Assembly: GCA_032718475.1 (NCBI GenBank)
Contig: JAUCBJ010005361.1
Coordinates: forward strand, 19,287 to 83,286
Source: Nemertoderma westbladi
Taxonomy: Eukaryota; Animalia; Xenacoelomorpha
DNA: 64,000 nucleotides
Direction: 5' to 3'
The translations under genes were made by a program, and so were the position numbers. How positions within the stretch are numbered: position 1 is the stretch's first letter; each line of letters starts with the position of its first letter. The notes below the pieces were generated by a model. The model had not been told where the DNA came from, searched no databases, and saw only the letters and a list, made by a program, of their open reading frames with translations. Of the stretch, positions 23,722 to 37,721 are shown one piece after another.

Positions 23722-24219
23722 CTTAAATTAGGTTTTTGTTGAGTGTGCTGTATAGGGAAGTATTATGTACAGTACAATATTTTTGTACTGTAAACAACAT
23801 TTCATAGTTAAACCTGTTACAAAAATGTATGCACTGTGCAAAACTGTAAGTACTGGTATTGTGTTCTTTGTATTTTGTAGATTATTAGCAATTTTGTATT
23901 TAAATTCATCTGAACTACTGACTGCCAAATGAGGTTGACTCAGGCATATAAAATATATTGTATTACAGTTATAATATATATAATGAATAATATAACTAAA
24001 TAATATACTTATATTTCAATAGATTACTTATACCAAATTCACAATAATTTTACAATATAATGGCAATTTCTACTTGTTTGAATTCTGTACTTAAATGTGT
24101 TTTGCAATAATTGATTAATAATTCAGCAAATATTTGTGCATGCTAGACATACAGCTGTACATTTTTCATAGTTCGAACAGTACTTTCAAAGAAATTGAAG
24201 TCAGTATTACTTTATGTAG

Positions 24220-25140
24220 ATCATAAGATCGTTCATTAAGATTACATTGCTGCTATTTTTTTTTAATCAACCCCCAGCTCAGGGAAAAAGTTGGTTATTT
24301 CACTATTATATTAAATATGTAAGTAGCTCAATAAGTTTTACATATACATATATATATAGGTAGGTGCATTGCTACTCTATTGGCAGGCATTACATGACAG
24401 AGCAGCTCATAATTTGTGTCTATCCTGGGGTAAGGCATGGGACTTTGTCAGTTTGTGCAAATCGTGTAAATAAAAGCATGGAATGTGTTTTTTAATTATA
24501 GTGTACTTTCTTTATTATTATTCATAGCAATAAATATAATATTAAAAATATGATGAATTCACTACATTCAATATTCGAATTTCCATTGTTTTACCAATAA
24601 GCACACACATACCATCCTACTGGCTGCACTTCTAACCTACGTGTCCCACATATCAGATTCTGTCGGTGATGTTCCCTAGGCAATGTCCGGCTCATTAGTG
24701 TTTGCTTCTGTGTTGATGCTGTACTTGTCATCATGTGAAGTGTCATCTCTTCTTGCATTAATCGAAATACTATTGATCTACTCAAACTGTGTTTCTAGGC
24801 ATTAAATGATGACAGAAGAAGTTCTATCAATATTTGGTTTCGTTGTTTCTATATTTGCATAACACCAATATATTACTTAGTCCTTGGAATACTGAAAATA
24901 TCCCTTTCATAGAGCAAAAATAAGTCACTAGAAACATGTCATAGAAAGTTTAGGACTAAAGCCAGCGAAGTAACCATATCTTACTCTACATGAGTGGTAA
25001 GAATCGCACAAATTATTATCATTATGTTATTATAACTAATTATAAAGAAATACATATCTAATCTCTAGCTAATCTGTCAGCTCCTATTGGAAAACATCGC
25101 GAATAAAGAGAGAGAAGTAAATATTGAAAAAGGTTAGATT
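24220..25140. repeat. Duplicated block upstream of receptor copy 1 (paralogous to 44870-45630)
   Basis: Long near-identical stretches, e.g. GGCTGCACTTCTAACCTACGTGTCCCAC...GTCATAGAAAGTTTA, in both places. Confidence 0.9.
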
Positions 25141-25149
25141 TATGGGGTC

Positions 25150-25450
25150 GAACCTACTACTACTACTATATAGTCGGCCTGCTGTATTGAAACTGCACAT
25201 TGAGATGCCATGCCGGCTTAACAAATATATTTCGCCACAACCGCAATCCACAATTGGCAAGCCCCAATTGTAGCGTGCATTAAGAATGCTATGCCGCCCT
25301 ATCAACAAAGTTGCACCTCCACAACTCCCTATCCGCCATGCCATGACTTTCGCTAGATCATCCGCATCTTCAAGACCATTGTCCTTTAAGATACATCTCA
25401 AGAAAGACACACACGGGCAGTCTACCACGCTTATTTTCTCCAGGAGCCCG
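25150..25450 (-). mobile_element. Diverged RTE LINE 3' fragment
   Basis: (CTA)n tail on the plus strand. FLRCILKDNGLEDADDLAKVM matches the C-terminus of ORF 44129-44788. Confidence 0.8.
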
Positions 25451-25461
25451 CCTTAGCATAA

Positions 25462-26380
25462 AGGCCCATTTATACTCCGCCTGATATCAGACACTTGTCT
25501 GAGCTCTGACTCAGACCAACGGATGTCAGACCCGTATGAGGTCTGAAGGCACGTCTGATATCAGACGCAGTCGTGTCTGATATCAGACAGGCATCTAATA
25601 TCAGACACCACCGTTTATACTATACATAAAAAACTTTACTGGCTTCATACTTTATTTCTATTGCCAATAATTTATAAGTTTAGAATATTTTTTGTATTCA
25701 TTTTGTGTTCTTAATTTGTCACTTTTTGCAATTATTATTAATATGCAATGAAAACTCACAATAAGTTGCTAATTTCGTTGTATCTAAGAAATACGAGGAG
25801 ACAACTTTCTAGGAGAATTTACATAAATCAAATAAGTAATGCACGATTCAACCATGGACAAAATGTACGTTAAATCCTATTCTCTGAAGACACCAGATGT
25901 CAATCAAACCACAAAAATTATTATCGTATGTCACCAAATACATTTGATATAGTTCTGGAACTGGTTCAACCTCTAATAACAAAAAAAACACACCACTGTT
26001 ACCCTATCAGTCCTGGTGAAAGTTTGTCGTTAACTTTGCGTTACCTTGCGAGTGGCGACTCAAAGACCGACCAGCATAGCCTATAATTACTTAATGCATA
26101 AGTCAACCATTTCTGTAATTATAAAAGAAACGTGTGAACCATTATGGCGTAGCCTTAAAGATTATATTAAACAGCCATCACAATCCATTGATTTTAAAGA
26201 TATTGCTGATACCTTTTAGAGGCTGTGGCAGTTTCCCAACTGCATAGGCGCTCTGGATGGGAAACATGTTGCCATAGAGGCACATCCAATAGGTCTTTAT
26301 ATTACAACTATAAAGGTTTATTTTCAATTGTACTCATGGCAATTGCTGATGCAAATTATAAGTTCACAATCGTTCACAGT
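25462..26380 (+). mobile_element. PIF/Harbinger DNA transposon relic (left end + degenerate DDE nuclease)
   Basis: TAA then AGGCCCATTTATACT terminus and subterminal TCTGATATCAGA palindromes. Manual translation: [75 protein letters not shown]. Confidence 0.9.
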
Positions 26381-26389
26381 AGAAATACA

Positions 26390-28560
26390 GATAAATAACA
26401 CATTATGATTATAATAGTCACAACGCCAAACATGCTAAGCCCATCTTATCATCAATATGAAACCTACACCTACACGTACATGGTGTTACTGCACCAATAT
26501 GAACAACCTCTCCTACTATAAACCCTATGGACTTCTCCATACGGCGACTGGCAATACCAAGCTCAACCCTGCAAATCTCCACGACCAATCCTTTTTTTAC
26601 AGCCTACTGTTGAGCGCTGTTCTATTCTAGGTAACGCAACTAAATTAAAAGAGACTACCCAGTTTACGCGTGTATTTGTCAAACCTGATATGCATCTATA
26701 AATCTGCGCCAAGATTTCACGCTTAAGGAAAACCGATGAAAATGCCAAACTGGAAAACGTGGGTCACAATATCCGATATGACCATATACGGAGGTGTGTC
26801 CTGCGTTGTGATTTGGTTATTGATTCATTTAACCCACATTTTTAATATGATCCCATAGAACCCAATTAAACTTACTCTCTTGGAACGCTTGCCGCATTCG
26901 GGAGAAGCTCGATTCAAACATAGGATTTTTTCATAACTTCGATTTAGTCTCTATTCAAGAGAGACAAACGCCCATAGCTATTAATGTAGCCGGCTTCCAA
27001 TCAGTGCGTTGTGCATCGTGGAGGTGTTGTATTACTTTGTAAGAAATACTTAGCCCCGCAACTTATATGTAAACCTACTGTACAGATGTCCGCCATGATA
27101 GTATCTTGTTTCAGGCTTTTGGTTCGGGTGTCTGTATATCCTACCTCCTGACTCGCGTTATTTTAATCCAGTTGCCTGGAGAGACATACAAGCTAGAATT
27201 TTAAGTAGAACCAACCAGTACATATTTATTATATTTGGTGATATAAATTCTAGCATAGCCTTAGTTACCTGAGTTTCTCGTCTGGCTTAAACTTAGAGAG
27301 TTCTCTAACATATTCTCGAAGCAATAATTAATATAAAAATATATTGTAACTGGATAGATTTTTAGTGTCCACCCCAATGTTATCAAATATTATGTATTTT
27401 AATGTCTGAAATCAAAGGTCATGGCCCTCTGACCATACAGCTATTTGTGCCAGTGTAAATTTAGACAATGTGTACTCTTAACAGAGTTTGTTAAGCATTC
27501 CTTCCTGTTAAGAAGCTCGTATTTCGAGTCTCAAGGGGGTCTGTAAACCTTGTGCAACCCTGACACAGGCAGCACGCCTGTGTTACAATGGCCAATTTTA
27601 CATCTAAACTAAATATACTTTACAATGACGCAGTTAATTGTATCAACAAAACCCCATTAGATATAAGTTCTACCGCTACTACTATTATTGGCCACCTATA
27701 TACTGCAGCGAAACCAAAGTCGAATAAACTGAACCATAGGGGGCATGGGTTGGGTCAGTCCTACTTACCCAATAACATCATCGCTCAATACAAAGAATGG
27801 GATATTTTGGTCCAAAGTGCATCTCACGATGTAATATGGAAAAAAGTTAACTGGAAAGGGGAAGTGAGTCTGGGCCCAACGGATAACCCAGACCCATCAG
27901 AATCTGAGTTCAAGGAACATTTTCAAAAACTTCTCAGAGGGAGGTTCATAGACGCAGATACTGCAGAAGTGTCGCTCACTGAGGATGAGACAAATGATAG
28001 ACAAAACACTGACCTAGACGGGCCTATTACGGAATCGGAATTTCGTGATACTGTAAATAATCTGAAACTCAATAAGGCCCCCAGGGCCCGAAGGGTTTCC
28101 TTGCAGGCATTTCAGAGCCTTACCAACTTTGTGGGTTATCTTACTAGTTACGCTGTTAAATTGTATTTTCTTCAGGGGCCATTTTCCGAATTCATGGGAT
28201 GCAAGTCGCCTTATCACTGTATTTAAACGAGGTGTAAGAAATTTATACTCCATTTTCGTGGTATTAGTGTACTAATTTCCATCACGAAAATTTATGATGC
28301 TATTTCGTGCCGCCGTATACAAGCTTGGCGTTTACCAAGCTGTGAGCAGGCAGGATCATTAAAGGGAAGGGGCTGCCTAGAGCACATACTTACCATCTGC
28401 TAACTGATTACCCGATTTTCAAACAACAATCCCTATTTATTATTTTTTATAGAATTTCTTACTGCCTATGACCGTGTTCTGAGACAGAAGTTATTTGATT
28501 TACTTAAACGTATGGGTTCTAGTTCCATTATGTTGCCTGCTTTTTGGCTGCCGACAATAA
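26390..28560 (+). mobile_element. Degenerate APE-type LINE (ORF1 end, endonuclease, RT N-half)
   Basis: RVFVKPD (ORF1-like), LLSWNA (APE start), PITESEFRDTVNNLKLNKAP, EQAGSLKGRGCLEHILT, AYDRVLRQKLF. Many stops and frameshifts. Confidence 0.8.
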
Positions 28561-28599
28561 GACCAAGTAAGATACCGGTACTAGACCTATACAGTTTTT

Positions 28600-31500
28600 A
28601 TCTTTGGAGTCAGAATACATCCAGAGAGCATAATGTCACCGCTCTTAATCTCCACAGTTGTCATCGTTCTGGGCCGTTTCGTTGTGGCAGAACCATCCGA
28701 TCCGTGGGGTAACCCTGCAACCCACCCAATACCCGTATTGGACTGGTTTGCCAAACACCCTGTCGCTACCGTTTCGAACTGCTGCGCTGAATCGACGGAG
28801 ATGTGGTAGACGAGTGGATTTAGCCTCTACTGCTCTTGTCGGGGAAGAAGATCTTGGGTCTCCTCTCCACGAACTAGAGGCCTAATCGCCAAACTCTGTC
28901 TTCTGTCTCTGGCTGGGGATATTGAGACCAACCCAGGACCCAGCAGGATGCGGGCCCCAAAGATCAACTGTCCCGTCTGCAACGAGGAACAAACTCTCGG
29001 AGTAATATCGTCCAATGTGAGAGTTGTGATACATTTGTACATTTAAAATGTTACCGTAGGAAAAGCAGTAATTTATTCTCCACCAGAAACCATCTTGAGC
29101 CAAGTTTTCTCTGCAATAGCTGTATTTTTACCAAACTTCCCTTTCATGATACTATTTTAGAATCAGAAACCGACGATTCATTCCTCACATCGCCTCTGCA
29201 AACTCCAAGTGATGCTGAGAGTGAAACTTTTAAATTTTTTAAGAAAAAAGGTCTACATTTTTTGCATTTAAATGCACGATCTCTGCTTCCCAAACTTTCC
29301 GAAATTCGTATTTTAATCAATAAATCCAACCCAGCAGTTTTAACAATCTCTGAAACTTGGCTCGATGGTAGCGTTTCTGATGGAGAAATTTATATTGATA
29401 ATTACGTAGTTTTATGTAAGGATAGGGACAGACACGGTGGTGGTGTCTGTACTTACATTCGATGTGATTTACCTTTTAATCGTAGGGAAGATTTAGAGAC
29501 TTGTGACGAAGTTTACTGGTGGAACTTTTACTTCCTAAAACTAAACCTATTTTAATCGGTACTTTATATCGGCCCCCTAAACAATCAGATTTTCGCAAAA
29601 TTTTGAAAATACAATTTTATGTAATCTTAGGTCAGACTGTGAAATATATTTCTTAGGTGATTTTAATATCTGTCACCATCACAAAGCATCCCCCCATCTG
29701 TAAACAGTACCACAGTATTTTTAATTTGTTTGGTTTAAAACAAATTATTCGAGATTCTACCAGAATTACCAGTAAAACTTCTACTTTACTAGATCACATC
29801 CTTTGTAATAATACCAATGTTATTTCTCAATCTGGGGTTTTACCTATAGGTGTAAGCGATCATTTTATAGTTTTTTGCACAAGAAAGACACAAAAATCTT
29901 TTTTCGGGAATCATAATACAGTAACAGTTAGGTCTATGAAAAATTACAGCAAGGAACGCTTTTTAAGTTTGTTAGTTAATTCTGACTGGGAACCCTGTTT
30001 TAAGGCCGCTGACATTAACCTTGCATACACTGTTTTTAAAGATATATTTCTAAAGGCACTTAATACTGTAGCACCAATTAAAGAAATTAGTCTTAAACAA
30101 CGCACGGAGCCCTGGATGACCTCGGGTATTCTTAGTAAAATCAGAGAAAGAGATAACTATTTGTATAAATTTAGGAAATACCGTGTTTTAGCTGATTATA
30201 ATAATTACTGCAAATATAGAAACCTTGTCCAACGGGAAATAAAAAAAGCGAAATCTGAATATTTATACAACAAAATAAGTGAGAATAAAGATAATCCTAA
30301 AAGTCTATGGTCTACCCTAAAATCTTTAGGTTATAAAAACCTTAAATCTAAATCGAATATTGTTCTGCAAGATAACGGTGAGCTGATTCATGATCAGACT
30401 CTAGTTAGTAATTTATTTAATCATTATTTTACTAATGTTGCCTCTAATTTAGTTAAGAAGTTACCGTTATCAAGTAATAAATATAGTATAGGGTCCGAAA
30501 CTCTAAATAATTTTTATTTAGAAAAGTTACAAAATTCAGAAAAGTTATTTTTAAAACCCATTTCTGAGGATTTCGTTTTTCAAAATCTACTTAGCCTATC
30601 AGCCTCAAAAAGTACCGGTCAAGACCTAATACCTGCCCGTTTTCTTAAGGATGGTGCTGAAGTACTTAAAGTGCCTATTACTTTCATTATTAATTACTCT
30701 ATCGTAGATAATGTAGTACCAGACGAACTGAAATTAGCTAAGGTTGTTCCTCTGTATAAAAATAATAGTAAAGTAGAACCCTGTAATTACAGACCTGTTA
30801 GTATCTTAAGTATTGTATCTAAAATTCTAGAACGTTCTGTTTTTCTACAGCTGGAAGCACATCTTAGTAGGCTAAATCTGATGTATGAACTTCATCAGTC
30901 TGGTTTTCGTAAATCATGTTCTACAGACACCTGCCTTATTAACTTAACTGATACAATTAGATGTAATAACACGTAATTAATAACACATGTAATTTTATAT
31001 AGATTAATGTCCATCGGTATTGGTGGCAATATTTTATTTATTTTATTTTATTTAATATTTTTATTAATAGTAACATAGAAGAGGTGAAAACCTCGGGTAT
31101 TGGTGTTAAATTTGGTGATCTATTAGTATTATTTTGGTGTATGTTGATGATATAGCCTTGTTCGCGGCAGACGAAAATGACTTACAACAATTGTCTAGTT
31201 ACCTGTGGTGTACCGCAAGGTAGTATATTAGGTCCTCTGCTTTTTGTATGCTATGTAAATGATATGATAAGTAGTATAGATCCCGATTTTAAACTCATTT
31301 TATATGCCGACGACAGTGCTCTTATTTTCTCTCATAAAGATCCTATCCATATTTCCCAAAAGTTAGATGCAGTTCTAGAATCCTGTAATGAGTGGTTGGT
31401 TGATAATAAGCTATCCATTCACTACGGTAACACTGAAAGTATTTTGTTTGGTTCCAAAAGAAAGTTAAAGAAGGTAACTAAGTTTGAAGTCACTAGTAAT

Positions 31501-31975
31501 GGACATAAGATTTAAAATAAAAAGGAAGTTAAATATTTAGGCGCCACATTGGATAACTGCTTATCAGGAGAAAGCATAGTAAAAAATATTTTCTCGAAAG
31601 TTAACAGTAGGCTTAGGTTTCAATACAGAAATAAAAATAGTTTGAACACCGACTCCCGCAAGTTACTTTGCTCTTCTTTAATACAGTGTCGCATGGACTA
31701 TGCGTGCTCTTCTTGGTATGAAGGCTTAAGCAAACAGCTTAAATGTAAATTACAAGTAGCTCAGAATAAAGTAGTACGATTTATTAAAGACTACAAACCT
31801 AGGCACCACCTAACTCCAGATGACTTTTCTGAATCTGGACTACTTAACTTAGATAGTAGAGTTAAGCAGCTACGCCTTAACCATGTGCATAAAGTGTATA
31901 ATGGTAAATGTCCCAATTACCTAAAACAAAAATTCAACAGAGTACGCGATACACACTCTTACAGTACCAGAGCTA
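28600..31975 (+). mobile_element. CR1/L2(Crack)-group LINE ORF2: 2A-like peptide, PHD, APE endonuclease, RT; disrupted
   Basis: LLSLAGDIETNPGP. CPVC..QCESCDTFVHLKC..FLCNSC. HLNARSL..ISETWL. NYRPVSILSIVSKILE, QSGFR, GVPQGSILGPLLF, LYADD. Confidence 0.92.
28891..28941 (+). other. 2A-like (StopGo) ribosome-skipping motif
   Basis: Translates KLCLLSLAGDIETNPGP, an exact D(V/I)ExNPGP consensus. Confidence 0.85.
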
Positions 31976-32727
31976 GATCGGCGATACCGATAAGGCTTCA
32001 TTAATTGATTGAGTAATAGTAATAGAATTGATTTTCCCCTACTGGAGAGCCCTCCTGGTGAGGTTACACATTTGCCACAGTTAGCAACAGCTGTACGCCC
32101 GAGAATAGGAAGATTATTCTATTCTTCCGCTGTTCGCGGGGGTTTAGCAGTGGTCGGCGGACTTTAGCGGGAAGACTACTGAGTAACATTAGACCGGTAG
32201 TTGAGACCGCGTTTAGATCGGCTCGACTTTTAAGACCTTCGAACACCTGGGTTTAAGTGCATTCAGCGAAGAGTATCTAGACTCTCGAGATCCGAAGTGA
32301 GAACATTTGTGGATTCGGTTCATATCTCTACAGCTTTTCTGGACCACAAAAGACGGTTATCCAATGTCCCTATAGAGCCAAAAATATATATAATATTTTA
32401 AAAGACGAATCATTAAATTTCAGATATTGGAATTAAATATTAATAGATAGATCTAAAATATGTGATAAATTACTGCATGTAGGCAGGCCTCTAGTAAGTT
32501 TATTTTTGTGATTTCAAAAAGTATATTTTTATATGTGCAGAAGGAAGATAGGTTAATTGTCCTAACATTTTTAGTTTTCTCAATGTCGTGCAGTTTCAAT
32601 GGAGTATCACATTTAAACCTGAAATCATGTGTAGAGGAAGGGGGGGGGGGGGGTATGAATAACATTTTTAATGCATTAATTAAGGTGGTAGATGTCAATA
32701 GTTATTTGACAAGTGGCTGAACTGGTT

Positions 32728-32773
32728 AGCGCTACTGATGAGGCCTGATAGGCTGAAACGTACGTATAGCGCT
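32728..32773 (+). ncRNA. Minimal type I hammerhead ribozyme (Penelope-type)
   Basis: Stem I AGCGCTA/TAGCGCT, core CTGATGA, stem II GGCCT-GAT-AGGCT, GAAA, short palindromic stem III C-GTAC-G, GUA triplet with cleavage predicted after 32766. Confidence 0.88.
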
Positions 32774-34079
32774 GGTACAACCCCCGGTGACGCACTTTCT
32801 CATTTTTTCCATTTCTGAACAAAACCATAATATTAAATAGTTATTTAAACTGCTACCTGGCAGTTAAATCTCGTCAAGTTTGAAGGTGGAGGAATCATCA
32901 TCACATTACATGTAAACAGCAAAAACTTCCTTTATTCATATTTTTGTATTTTAAATCTGTGAAAGAGTTTTAAATAACTTTGATTAAAAAGTTATTCCAA
33001 TTTTATTAAAATTTAAAATTTTTTTTTAATTAAAAATAAATAAATCCGGGATGACTTTTTATTATTGACGACTATTATTAAAACATAATAAACAAGTTAT
33101 ACTTTCAAATAAATTTATAATAATTGTGATAAAAAATTTAATCACGTGACCAACTGCGAATCTTTGACCAACCAATAGCATGCACCCATTAAAATCGGGA
33201 CGGGACAGTTTGTTGTGATCCTGAGAAAAAAAAACGATCGAATTTACTTATATACTTCTTACTGCCTTTCTAAAACGAGCCCGTTTGAAATATGAGAGAT
33301 TAACAAGGAACAATGCATGCAACCTTGGTCCAAGGGCGCCCTATCTTAGAGAAAACAGCTGCTTTTAGTAGGGGGCAAAATTATTCATTAATGTCAATAT
33401 GTTTATGAAAAATGTTATTATTAATTACACTCACAAATAAAGACACCCCATTCCCCCTAAATTTAAGTTACAAGGTAAAACCACAATGATTATCTAAAAT
33501 TACACATAATAGAATAACTGATTCACTGATGCACCGTCTACAGTGCTTGTTGACTAATAAATCAAATAAGGTAAATGTGACAATAAGTAGTGTGTACACT
33601 ATTATTCTTCTGCCATAATATGGTTGAACTAGGCAGGTTGAATATATTATATTCAACTGCTACACACACTAGATATGGGTCAATACAATTTGAGTAAAGC
33701 ACTTAATTCTGCATTAGCACCGGAATCATATCGCACACTTAACAATAACAAATTATTATTTTCGTATTGGTTTTGATACAAGGTTTGGTTTACCAGATTT
33801 CATATCACCTGCAAGTTTCTATAGCGCGCGGTGTGATTTAAGTCAAGACTGTAGTGGCAGTGACCAGAAAGTTTCAGATTACATTTCTACAGGGTGATGC
33901 TTGGTTAAACCAATGAACCTTATTGGTTATATTAGAAACGCAAATAACGCAATGCATATTATACTTTTATACTGTTATTTAGTGCAGTAAATTCAAAATT
34001 AAGACACAATAGCATTAAATGGTACCCATGAATGAATAATAATGGGAACCAGTAAACAACTATTAGTTTACACTATACC

Positions 34080-35052
34080 AGATTCAACCTTCAATTCCTG
34101 CAGTTGAAACATTAGTCTATCTCTAGAGGCCCTTTCAGGTGGCTGGAGTTTTTAAGAACTGCCCCAATATCCACATCAGCAACATCGTCTTCATAATCCA
34201 ATCGCCAAAGCTATAGTGAACTTCTCCTCACTGGATTCATCACTGCATTCCGGTTCTGCATAAATACTATTATCGACATCGTCCTCACTCGATTCTGCAT
34301 CGATGGATTCTGCATGATTAGAAGTCGAAGTTGATGTTGTTAGTGGCTGCGGCGAGGTTAGAGGGTGCGGCAAAGTTATAGCGGAGGTCAATGTGTCTAT
34401 AGTCACTGGTTTTCCAGGAATTACTGGAATTCGTTCCCCGCGTTTCTTTTTTGTGGTTGGTTGTTTTGGCGGCCTTGCAGCTGCCACAAGGAAGTCCGTC
34501 ACACAATCGTTAAATGTTTCTCAAACCTGATGTTCACCCCAGTATCACATTTGCCAATGCTTTGTATACAAAATATGTGGGTAAAAAAGTTCCATCAGCA
34601 CTGCCACAGAACATAATGCTGACACACCCCTTTGAGTGTTGAATGTTTCGCTCTACCCGGCGAAGTCCTCTGTGGCATACTACCTTTTTCGCCCCATGTC
34701 ATCTTTCTGGTTTGTTTCGTCATAATTAAAGGTAAGTAAGATGTTAGCCCTTACCAAAAATAATCAGATAAACACGACATTTAGTGTACCGTTCCGGTTA
34801 AAAGTGTTAGTACATGAAAGTGCATATAACCAAGATATTTGATTACTGGTACCGGTAGAGAACAGATTACAAAAACTGCAGTTGCAGTAGTCCTACTGCA
34901 TAGTGGTGCTGCAGCTGTACTTGCATGGTACTGGTAACACACATCAAATATGAATAACTGATACTTCAGTGTTAAATTGGGTGCTGTAAGGCCCATGAAT
35001 TCAATAATGATCAATTTCGACCCTGGTATCAATTTCACCCCGGATGACGGTA
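34080..35052 (-). mobile_element. Internally deleted pogo-like (Tc1/mariner superfamily) DNA transposon relic
   Basis: Minus-strand terminus TACCGTCATCCGGGGTGAAATTGATACCAGGGTCGAAATTGATCA. Coding remnant KKKRGERIPVIPGKPV plus acidic tract is like pogo transposase C-termini. Second TIR not found. Confidence 0.5.
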
Positions 35053-36849
35053 TCAACAATTCTGACAATTTGATAAAGGGTCTTGTGTAAATAATTTAAT
35101 TATAAACCCATCCATACAATGTGTTTTGACTTTAAGTCAAACGCCTTGGTAATGTTTTTTTTAAGTTTTTTTCATTTTTTTAGTTGTTCGCTGAAAGGTT
35201 AATGTGAACAATAATTTAAAAATTTTAATATTTATTACCAATACTTTCCCATATTTTTCCTTTTCATGAACGTATGCATGTATAAACTCTGAATTACTCA
35301 TTCATAAGATCAAGCCATTAAAATCTTAAGTTAATTTACACAAAACATGATTTTAGCGATAGAAAGTTCAACCATATCACGACAGGTGTGTTGTGCATAG
35401 TGAAATAAACATCAATGTATAATAATTAACAAAATTAATGTGTAACATTTAATCTATTTATAACAATAAAACTAATAATTGCATTACTATTTCAGAAATC
35501 TCCAGGAATAACACCTTTTTGTCTATTCTGGACAGCAGTAGAGCCAATGCTGCATTTTGGCAGCCACTTCTGGCTCTTACTTAGAAGAAGAAATCATATC
35601 CATTGATGGTACAATAAACCAGGAACTACTACTAAATGTTGATTGGATACGATACAATACTCACACTTAAACATTTAGACTTTGACTATAATTAAATTTA
35701 AGTAAAGTTGATGTTTTGTTCGTTACCATGCAGTTACTCATTATATCAAATACATTAAACTATAATTAACAAAATGAAATAAACTATTTAATCTATTATA
35801 AGAAAATTACGATCTATTTATAAAATATGCTTTGTAAACCATCTGCATTGGCTCGGCAAAAGATAGGGGAAAAAAACAACATAAAGCTTGAGAATAATTA
35901 TAATCGCTGACTAGCAGAAATGTGATTGGCCCAAGTTTGTAGTGTTGCTTCTTCTCAGTGGGTAAGTCTCTTATAGATATGGGTAATTACTTATATTTAT
36001 ATCAGGTAGTTACTATATTATACTGGGCGAGTTATATATTTTGTGCAACAAATTCCGATCTAAACCATTATTGATTTTTCTGAGGCATATATAAAATATA
36101 AGTACTTTATTATTATTACCTTTATGAGATGTAAATAGTATACTGGCCAATAAACTTTTTTTTTCATGTTTTAAATTCGTGTTTGTAGTAAGTCAGAATA
36201 GGCGATGTTCCCCATTTGAACCCCGTTGCTATGCAAATTTGCTATGCGAACCAGAAAATGAAAATATTATTTGCATAGATCCTTATATTTGTTATAATCT
36301 ATAATATGATTGGTGGAGGGGTTTTCCATTCTGTATATTGAGCCTAGGCCTAACAGTGAAAAATAGGGCTACCGGTACAGTACTAACTGACAGTAGAGTG
36401 AGTGTTGTTGGATATTGAAATACTGAAATATACCTACAATATACATATACCTGTAAATTACGGTCTGAATATTGCATTTTTTATACTTATGTAACTTTAG
36501 AAACAATGGCGATGAGGATGGAGTTCTGGAGCAACACTCAGACCTGTGAACGACTAGATACAGATACATACTAGAACTCTCATGTTGATTAGCCTAAGCT
36601 GCTAGGTCAACCTAAAGGACGCGTATTTAATTAGGCCTACCGGTAGTATACACATAATGCCTTTAACTGTGGAAAATTTATCTTGCGACTCCCTCAAAGA
36701 AATTTGAGAGTACAATGGGTTGCCTTGTTCAGGGAAGAACAAGGCTGAGTTGACAGCAATAATTGAAACGTACATGAGGGATGGTAATTAAAGTTTGGAG
36801 GAATTATTAGGCTTTCTGGTAAAGTCGATACCGGTACGCAGGTTGCACA

Positions 36850-37280
36850 GTCATTAAATTTAGATGAGCCAGAGATGTTTGATATGTGTGAAGGTGGCTG
36901 TGGACGGCATTGGGTAGCATACACTAAAGATTTTGATAATTATTTAGTAGCCTCAGGTCCTTCAATACAATCGGATGAACAAAAGATAGCACTGTTTAAA
37001 CACTGCGCTGGCCATGATATGCATAGATTAGTTGAGACATTAAATGGAGCATGAGAGTAATTATATTGCAAAGATACGAACGAATTATTACCAATAGATT
37101 TTGTCCTATTGATACCTCACTGTTTGAGGAATTTCTAGTTCGCACTATGTAAATACAGAGGGGAGATGAAGTAGTTTAACTGGTTATCATAGGAATGTGG
37201 GTGGGAATGGTACAAAGACTTACAAGTGTAGGTACTGCTGCTTGGCGCATGGGATGAGACGAGATTTGTGCCCTGCTTTT
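36850..37280 (+). mobile_element. Degenerate Gypsy-type gag relic
   Basis: Manual translation WVAYTKDFDNYLVASG...DEQKIALFKHCAGHDM, with a downstream Cys/His knuckle remnant (..HGMRRDLCPA). Confidence 0.6.
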
Positions 37281-37700
37281 AGATAGATAGATAGATTTAT
37301 TTATACATTATGTAAAAACAATAACAAATACACCAAACAATGTACCAGTATAACATATTATATATATTATGTCATATTATATAGTATAGTATATATAGTA
37401 TAGTATATAGTGATTACCCCTAAAGCTTTGCAGCTTATTTCCAAGGGGGTCCTTTATGTTACTTGGTTACAAATACAATATTACATTACACTAACCTAAA
37501 ACCAATATAAAACGTAATTACACTATGTACATGTACAACTTTACCGAGAGCGTGACAATGCCCGACTCAACGATAAAGATGTAATGTACAGAACAATTTA
37601 TTATAAAACGTAATTACAGTATAAATAGTAAATAATTAATAAACTAATAAACTAAAATTGGTTGTCATGGTCAGAACCATTTTTAAGGTGTTGTACAAAT
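37281..37700 (-). mobile_element. L2/CR1-group LINE 3' end
   Basis: Minus-strand stem-loop GGACCCCCTTGGAAATAAGC...GCTTTAGGGGTAATC followed by AATAAA(TCTA)n tail. Confidence 0.55.
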
Positions 37701-37721
37701 ACGCATCGATCTACAACATCT

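Noticed and set aside
24591-24785. Duplicated 64/76-aa ORF (MSRSIVFRL...)
   Set aside because: Non-ATG start, no domain, and identity is explained by the recent segmental duplication.
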